A stretch of 34,904 nt of DNA from an uncultured Victivallales bacterium (GTDB taxonomy: Bacteria > Verrucomicrobiota > Lentisphaeria > Victivallales > UBA1829): assembly GCA_944389445.1 (NCBI GenBank), contig CALXMJ010000083.1, positions 1 through 34,904 of the forward strand, given 5' to 3'. The notes beneath the pieces were generated by a model, which was not told where the DNA came from, did no database searches, and saw only the letters and a list, made by a program, of their open reading frames with translations. Below, in pieces: positions 29,381 to 34,904 of the stretch (position 1 is the stretch's first letter; each line of letters begins with the position of its first letter). The position numbers and the translations under genes were made by a program.

Positions 29381-30043
29381 ATGAAACAAATGCTCATTCT
29401 CAGCATCCTGAGCGGGCTTATAGTGGGTGCTCATGCCGATCATGTCATTCTCGGCAAAGGAAAATTCGCACATTTTAATCATTATGGGAATGCGGAGATA
29501 CAAAAGAATAAAGATTCTCTCTCGATTCGATTCGGAGGATGCAATTCCGACCGGGGCGGAGCTCTTCAGATTTTCCGAAATGCACTGGCTGCACCGGCAA
29601 ACGATGACAGCAATGCGCTGACAATCACAATGAAAGGAGACGGTTCCAATGGACGTTTTGTCATTCTCTGCTCCGACACTTCCGGGAAATCATGGTGCTG
29701 GAACGGAGAGCGCTGGATGGATTCCGCACAGATTTCCGTTCTGGAGGACACCTGGCACAAAAAAGTCTTTCCTGCAAAAGAATTTGTCCAAATCACTCCG
29801 ACTCCCCAAAAAGGAGAAAAAAGCGAACTGAATTTGCAGAAAATTCAAAATCTTCAACTGGCAATCGGAGCGAATCTGACCAATCCGGGAAAGAGACTTC
29901 TTTCCATGGAAGTTTCTGAAATTGCAATGGAAAAAGATCCCCGTCCATCGCGAATCGAAGCGGAAGATAATAATAAATCGAAAAAGAACGACGGGAGCCC
30001 CATAAAAAAAAAGCAGTCCGCCAGCCGGAACGTTCTGAACTAG
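29381..30043 (+). CDS. Secreted CBM11/CIA30-like carbohydrate-binding domain; probable N-terminal part of a frameshifted CBM-GH2 gene
   Basis: Signal peptide MKQMLILSILSGLIVGAHA; LTITMKGDGS..F.I...D..G..W...W....F...F...LNLQKIQNL; ends in a polar linker containing an A9 run. Confidence 0.7.
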   Translation: MKQMLILSILSGLIVGAHADHVILGKGKFAHFNHYGNAEIQKNKDSLSIRFGGCNSDRGGALQIFRNALAAPANDDSNALTITMKGDGSNGRFVILCSDTSGKSWCWNGERWMDSAQISVLEDTWHKKVFPAKEFVQITPTPQKGEKSELNLQKIQNLQLAIGANLTNPGKRLLSMEVSEIAMEKDPRPSRIEAEDNNKSKKNDGSPIKKKQSASRNVLN

Positions 30044-30056
30044 TTCCGGCGGATTG
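29993..30056 (+). other. Candidate -1 recoding cassette (SD-like, A_AAA_AAG, hairpin)
   Basis: GGGAG at 29993-29997; in-phase A AAA AAG at 30007-30013; stem GCCGGAAC/GTTCCGGC at 30024-30050. Confidence 0.5.
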
Positions 30057-30072
30057 GTGCTCTCCCCCATGG

Positions 30073-33000
30073 GTGGACTGGAATTTACACAACCATTTCC
30101 GGGAAAACCTGGCCTGTCGTGAACGGATTTCATTGAACAATTACTGGATGTTCCAACCACGGGAAGAGTCGGCGGAAGAAAAGATTCTGGCATCTGGCGG
30201 AAAATGGCCTTCTTTTCCAGACCATCCGGAAAAGATGGGGAGCTGGTATCTTTTGAAAGTTCCGGGGCGCTGGGATGCCCGCGGCGCATTTTACATGTAC
30301 GATTTTTCCAGGAAAAAGGTGGATAAAATCGGCGGGCGGACTCGCTCCGCCTATTCCCAAGGCTGGATCCGACGCACATTTTTTGTTCCGGAAACATGGA
30401 AGGATAAGGAGATTTCTCTGGAATTTTCCGGCATAAACCGGGATGCACGGCTGTTTCTCAACGGAAGGCGGGTCTGCGACTTCTCTTTAAGTACAAAAGT
30501 TATGATTTCTCCCTGGCTGGTTTACGGGAAAAAAAATGATCTTACCCTTTTTGTTTCCCTGAAATCCCTTCCGCTTTCTCCTGAACACTCAAGATACAAG
30601 GAATACTGCGGTTTCCGAAGAGGAGATGGAGCGGACTGGTGGTTCAATTGGAATCCCGGACCTGGAATCAGCGGAAATGTCTTTCTCAACGTGCGCCCTC
30701 GAAATGTCAGTCTGGACAATCTGCGGATCGTCACGACAACAAATGACAAAAAAATACTCGCCGCGGCAGAACTCACCAACCGGACAAAACAGACGCAGAT
30801 ATTCCGTCTCGACGGAAGAATTTCCAGACAATCGAAAACGCTCTTTCAGCTACCCGGAGTTACAGTAAAACTGGCACCTGGTTCCACACGATCCATCTCT
30901 TTGAGCGGTATCTGGAAGGATGCCGTGTTCTGGTCACCAGAGCACCCGAATCTGTTTCGCTTTCATCTTTATCTTCGGGATTCCCAAGGGATTCCACAGG
31001 ATGAGCTTTCAACCCGCTTCGGCTTCCGGGACATCAAAATCCAAGGGAGTGATTTCCTGCTGAACGGGAAAAAAATCCATCTGAAATTTCTGAGTTCACA
31101 ACTCAGGATTGCCGAGAAAACCGATGAGGAAATCCGAAAAATTCTACAGGAATTGAAGCGTCTTCATTTCAACGGTCTGCTCTATGAATCTCTGGATGAA
31201 CGGGTTCTGAATCTCTGTGATGAACTTGGCCTGATGGTTTCGCTTCGTCATGTCTTCCCTCCCCTGGTCCGCGGAGGAGATTACCTCCCCGGGGTTCCGA
31301 ATCAAGGAATTCCTTTTGCAGCCTATTTGAGTACAAAATATGCAGATGCCCGAACCGAACTGGAAAGCACAATTTCAGAAGTGGTTCGCAAATTTCGCAA
31401 TCATCCTTCTCTTGTCATCTGGATGCTCAACCCACTTCTCTGCTGGAATCCCGACTGGATCAATCCGAACCGGATTGATGAGGAAACCCGCCAAAGCGAT
31501 GTCGTTCTGGCATCTCTGCGGGAAGAAGCATTTCTCCGTCGGGAAGATCCGACACGGATCGTCATTCAAAGTATGGGTTCCAACACCGGCGCAGTCATTT
31601 CCTGCAATCCGTATCCGACGTTCAGCAACCAGCCGGATGAATGGGCCGACTGGCCGATGCGTTGGGCAGAACACCGTAAAAAACCTCTTTTACTGGAAGA
31701 AGTCGCTCTCCCTTTTGTATTCAATTTTGCCTCATTTCACAGTTCTTCTAAAAAGAGGTTCAATTCCTGGACAGAAATGCGGCAGCTTTTCTATGAGCAT
31801 GCCGCACGCTACTTCGGGGACCCGATATATTCTTCAGCGGACGCATCCATGAGTGATCTGGCCTGGCATACCCTTTCCAACGGAATCCAGAAAAAACCGG
31901 ACGGCTCTTCCTTCTACCCGTTAAATCCCGCGGCGGAAGCCGCACATGCCTACTGGCTTCGACGTTGCGGCCTGGCCTGGCGGCTGTATGACATTTCCGG
32001 AATCTGGCCGTTTCAATCGCATCAACTCTACTATTCCAATGGGAAAGGAGCAAAGCGCGATTACGCATATAAGGATATCACGACCCCAGGAATCAAAAAT
32101 GACTATGGCATTCCGGAAACATTTACCCATGTCAATCGAATTTTCGCTGAACAGAAACGCATTCAGCAACCGTTTCTTGCCTGGATTGCCGGTCGTCCGG
32201 AACGTTTCACCTCTCTGGAACACAACTATTACTCTGGAGAAGAGCTGATCAAACAGCTGATATTCTCCAATCATCATGAGAATCCGGTAAAGATCCATGC
32301 GGAATATCGGATCACCGAAGGCGATCGAATTCTCTTTTCCTCGCAATGGTCCGGAGAAATCCAGTCGGGGGAGAACTTCCGTCTTCCTTTCCGCTGGCGT
32401 CTTCCAACGTTTTCCAAGCGGAACCGCCTCTCGCTGGAGCTGACAGCCCGAAGCGGTGGAGAGACCAGCCGAGACACATTCCAGTTTACTGTTTTTCCCC
32501 GGGAAAAAACGATTTCCACCTCCGACGTAACTCTTTATGATGAATACGGGACAACAGAACGTCTGCTGCAGAAAATGGAAATTCCATATCGAAAGTTCAC
32601 CACATCTTCGGCCATGACGGGAACACTTGTGGTCGGCAACAACTCTTTTACAGAACAATTTCTCTCGCGCATTCCCGATCTGAAGCAGAAGCTGCAAGCT
32701 GGATTGACACTTCTGGTCATGAATCAGAATAAGGATACGGTACTGGGTCCGTATTTGGAAGAACGGCGTGCGCGGCATGTTTTTTTGAAAGATCCGCAGC
32801 ATCCCATTCTGCAGGGAATTCAGCCAGAGGATCTCTTGCACTGGCGTGGAGAAAGCGATGTCGCCGAAGCCTATCCGGAGAGCAGAACAGCTGTTCACAG
32901 AGACCGCTTTATGCACTGGGGACAGGAAGGAACCGTTTCCTCCTATGTACTGGATAAACCTTACAGTGGACGATTCCGGATCCTCTTGGACTGCGATGCG

Positions 33001-34224
33001 GATTTGTCTCGAACAGTACTGATGGAATATCTGCTCGGGAAAGGCCGACTGATCTTCTGTCAGCTGGACCTGGATTCCCGTTTTGGAAAGGATCCCGTGG
33101 CAACCCGGCTGACGGAACGACTGCTCGCCTATGCGGCAAAACCGGAACAGACGGTGCGGAAAAAAGTCGTTTTCATCGGCCAGGAAATGTTGAAAGGAAC
33201 CCTGGAAAGACTTGGCTTCCGATTCCAGAAAATTCCATGGAAGAAGGCCGATGTTCTGATCTCGGCGGATTCGACTCTTGCTCCGGAAGAACTGAATCGT
33301 TTTGTATCCGGCGGAGGAACTCTTCTTTTCCTGGGGAACTCGAACAGACAGTATTGCGCATTCGGGATTCCTGTTCCGGAAAGCACCCTCTGTCGTCTGG
33401 CGGCATATGATCCATCGCCTTACTTGCGCGGGATCGGGAATTCCGACTTCTATCTGAATCCGGCAATGAGTCCTGCACTCTTTCCGGGAAGATACGCATT
33501 TCTCTGCAAAAAAACGGGAAAAGGTACGGTATCCGCATTCTCTCTGCTTCCCGAGCAGTTCCAGGAATACGCTTCCAGGATCAAAATCAAAAGAGTTTTA
33601 TCAGTGCTTCTGACCAATCTTGGAGCAGAAGGAGTGGATGAAATCTCATTCCATACAGACAAAGAATCCGGAATGCTGACGGGACGGAAGGTGGCGTTTC
33701 TTACGGATCCGGAGGAACAGGGGCTTCGAAAAGGCTACCACCTTCCGGAATTTCCTGATTCTACCTGGAAACATATCAAACTGGGATTTGACTGGGAAGG
33801 TCAGGGAATCAACATGAACAATCCCAGATACAAAAATGCCTCTGCTCCGTATGATGGCGATGCCTGGTACCGTGTCCGCGTTTTTATTCCAGGTTCATGG
33901 AAAGGGAAGCCGATCGTGTTCCATGCGGACAGCATTGATGATCTGGACTGGGTCTGGCTTAACGGAATCCCTGTCGGTCATACGGGAATGGAAAATCCGG
34001 AGTACTGGGCGGTTCCGCGAAATTACAGAATACCGGAAAAAGCTATTCGGTTTGGGAAAGAAAATCTTCTTGCCATACGAGTACGCGATCTAAGAGGAAA
34101 TGGAGGTGTTTTGAATGCCGTTTATCTTGCTCCGGAAGGAGCGCCTCCTGCAAAAGACGCCTTGTGGGAGCGTCCACGACGAGAAATCCGGGATTTCGAT
34201 CCCAACTTCTGGAGACAATGGTGA
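30073..34224 (+). CDS. Large GH2-like multidomain glycoside hydrolase (frame open from 29977; probably joined to 29381-30043)
   Basis: RERISLNNYW.F, WSPEHPNL, RFGFR.I....F.LNG, CDELGL, NHPS.VIW, DPTR, KPLLLEE; C-terminal sugar-binding sandwich YDGDAWYR...IDD.D.VWLNG. No RBS or signal peptide at the GTG. Confidence 0.85.
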   Translation: MDWNLHNHFRENLACRERISLNNYWMFQPREESAEEKILASGGKWPSFPDHPEKMGSWYLLKVPGRWDARGAFYMYDFSRKKVDKIGGRTRSAYSQGWIRRTFFVPETWKDKEISLEFSGINRDARLFLNGRRVCDFSLSTKVMISPWLVYGKKNDLTLFVSLKSLPLSPEHSRYKEYCGFRRGDGADWWFNWNPGPGISGNVFLNVRPRNVSLDNLRIVTTTNDKKILAAAELTNRTKQTQIFRLDGRISRQSKTLFQLPGVTVKLAPGSTRSISLSGIWKDAVFWSPEHPNLFRFHLYLRDSQGIPQDELSTRFGFRDIKIQGSDFLLNGKKIHLKFLSSQLRIAEKTDEEIRKILQELKRLHFNGLLYESLDERVLNLCDELGLMVSLRHVFPPLVRGGDYLPGVPNQGIPFAAYLSTKYADARTELESTISEVVRKFRNHPSLVIWMLNPLLCWNPDWINPNRIDEETRQSDVVLASLREEAFLRREDPTRIVIQSMGSNTGAVISCNPYPTFSNQPDEWADWPMRWAEHRKKPLLLEEVALPFVFNFASFHSSSKKRFNSWTEMRQLFYEHAARYFGDPIYSSADASMSDLAWHTLSNGIQKKPDGSSFYPLNPAAEAAHAYWLRRCGLAWRLYDISGIWPFQSHQLYYSNGKGAKRDYAYKDITTPGIKNDYGIPETFTHVNRIFAEQKRIQQPFLAWIAGRPERFTSLEHNYYSGEELIKQLIFSNHHENPVKIHAEYRITEGDRILFSSQWSGEIQSGENFRLPFRWRLPTFSKRNRLSLELTARSGGETSRDTFQFTVFPREKTISTSDVTLYDEYGTTERLLQKMEIPYRKFTTSSAMTGTLVVGNNSFTEQFLSRIPDLKQKLQAGLTLLVMNQNKDTVLGPYLEERRARHVFLKDPQHPILQGIQPEDLLHWRGESDVAEAYPESRTAVHRDRFMHWGQEGTVSSYVLDKPYSGRFRILLDCDADLSRTVLMEYLLGKGRLIFCQLDLDSRFGKDPVATRLTERLLAYAAKPEQTVRKKVVFIGQEMLKGTLERLGFRFQKIPWKKADVLISADSTLAPEELNRFVSGGGTLLFLGNSNRQYCAFGIPVPESTLCRLAAYDPSPYLRGIGNSDFYLNPAMSPALFPGRYAFLCKKTGKGTVSAFSLLPEQFQEYASRIKIKRVLSVLLTNLGAEGVDEISFHTDKESGMLTGRKVAFLTDPEEQGLRKGYHLPEFPDSTWKHIKLGFDWEGQGINMNNPRYKNASAPYDGDAWYRVRVFIPGSWKGKPIVFHADSIDDLDWVWLNGIPVGHTGMENPEYWAVPRNYRIPEKAIRFGKENLLAIRVRDLRGNGGVLNAVYLAPEGAPPAKDALWERPRREIRDFDPNFWRQW

Positions 34225-34230
34225 GTTGAG

Positions 34231-34515
34231 TACAGTGTATACGGAATTTTAGACACGATCTTTGAGTCCTGCTAAAATTCCGTTTTTTATTTTCCCGCTG
34301 AAACAGGCTGAAAACTCCATCGCAGGACAGAATGGTCGGAGTATTTTTCAGAACAGGCAGAAAATCTGTTTTTCTGCTCATATCCGAGGGGTACTGGATT
34401 ATGAAACATTTATACCAGGCTTTTGTATCCCATTAAGCCCAAAACTGTGTTCAAAATCATCCGGAGACAGATTGTGCAGTTTGCGATGAGGACGCATGGA
34501 GTTGTAAAAGTTCAT
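34231..34515 (-). mobile_element. IS3-family remnant: integrase C-terminus plus probable right end
   Basis: Minus strand reads MNFYNSMRPHRKLHNLSPDDFE (YN..RPH..L...SP..FE), followed downstream by GTGTCTAAAATTCCGTATACACTGTA. Confidence 0.7.
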
Positions 34516-34690
34516 CCTATGGAAATCCAATCTGGGGGACGAGGCGCCCCTTATTTTAGGGTTGTACAATTTTTTATGAATCTCACGGAGAATTTTTCGA
34601 GATAATGAAATATCCCATCTTAAGGACTTTGAAAAATTCGCCATTTTGTGCTTGAGAGAAAATTACTGAAAAGCCTCAAAATGCTCCAGG

Positions 34691-34900
34691 GGCAATATGG
34701 ATCCCTATCTTCTGCGGAAGGGAAAAGCGGAAATCTCTTTGAAGAACTCCGCCAAAGGAGTTGTGCGGATTCGCGCGCTTGATGTCAACGGAGCAGTTCT
34801 CGCCGAGATTCCGTTCCGGGAATCAAAAGGATCAGTAATCTTTACCGCCGATACGGACCAATACGGAGCAATGGCTTATGAACTTCTCCGGATTCCATAA
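34691..34900 (+). pseudogene. C-terminal remnant of a paralog of the 19773-23126 hydrolase
   Basis: GNMDPYLLRKGKAEISLKN....RIRALDVNGAVLAEIPFRES.GSV..T aligns by eye with [18 protein letters not shown]....[25 protein letters not shown]. Confidence 0.7.
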
Positions 34901-34904
34901 CAGC

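Overview
Bacterial carbohydrate-utilisation region, most likely from Lentisphaerota (Victivallales-like; inferred from the prepilin-type/H-X9-DG genes, the large multidomain glycosidases and the CCGG-rich signature). It is a mosaic of modules separated by decayed IS fragments. (1) 1-9075: a GC-rich cluster with RraA-like aldolase, heparinase II/III-like lyase, beta-propeller, acyltransferase, secreted beta-helix, AraC, Gfo/Idh/MocA oxidoreductase and isomerase. (2) 9503-14389: AraC, SDR, a glycyl radical enzyme with atypical motifs and its activase, bracketed by a 78-bp direct repeat and IS256/IS66 scars. (3) 14.9-26.9 kb: GH95, GH10, GntR, a large GH-A-clan hydrolase, a prepilin-like gene, an M14 enzyme and DUF4091. 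(4) 27.5-34.2 kb: LacI, a prepilin-like gene, a CBM and a GH2-like ORF. The most notable signal is a dnaX-like -1 frameshift cassette (internal GGGAG, in-phase A_AAA_AAG inside an A9 run, 3' hairpin) at the CBM/GH2 domain boundary. It would give both a free secreted CBM and a ~1614-aa CBM-GH2 enzyme, although a homopolymer error is not excluded. No rRNA, tRNA, CRISPR array or transporter gene was seen. All family calls come from motif recognition by eye, not from database searches.
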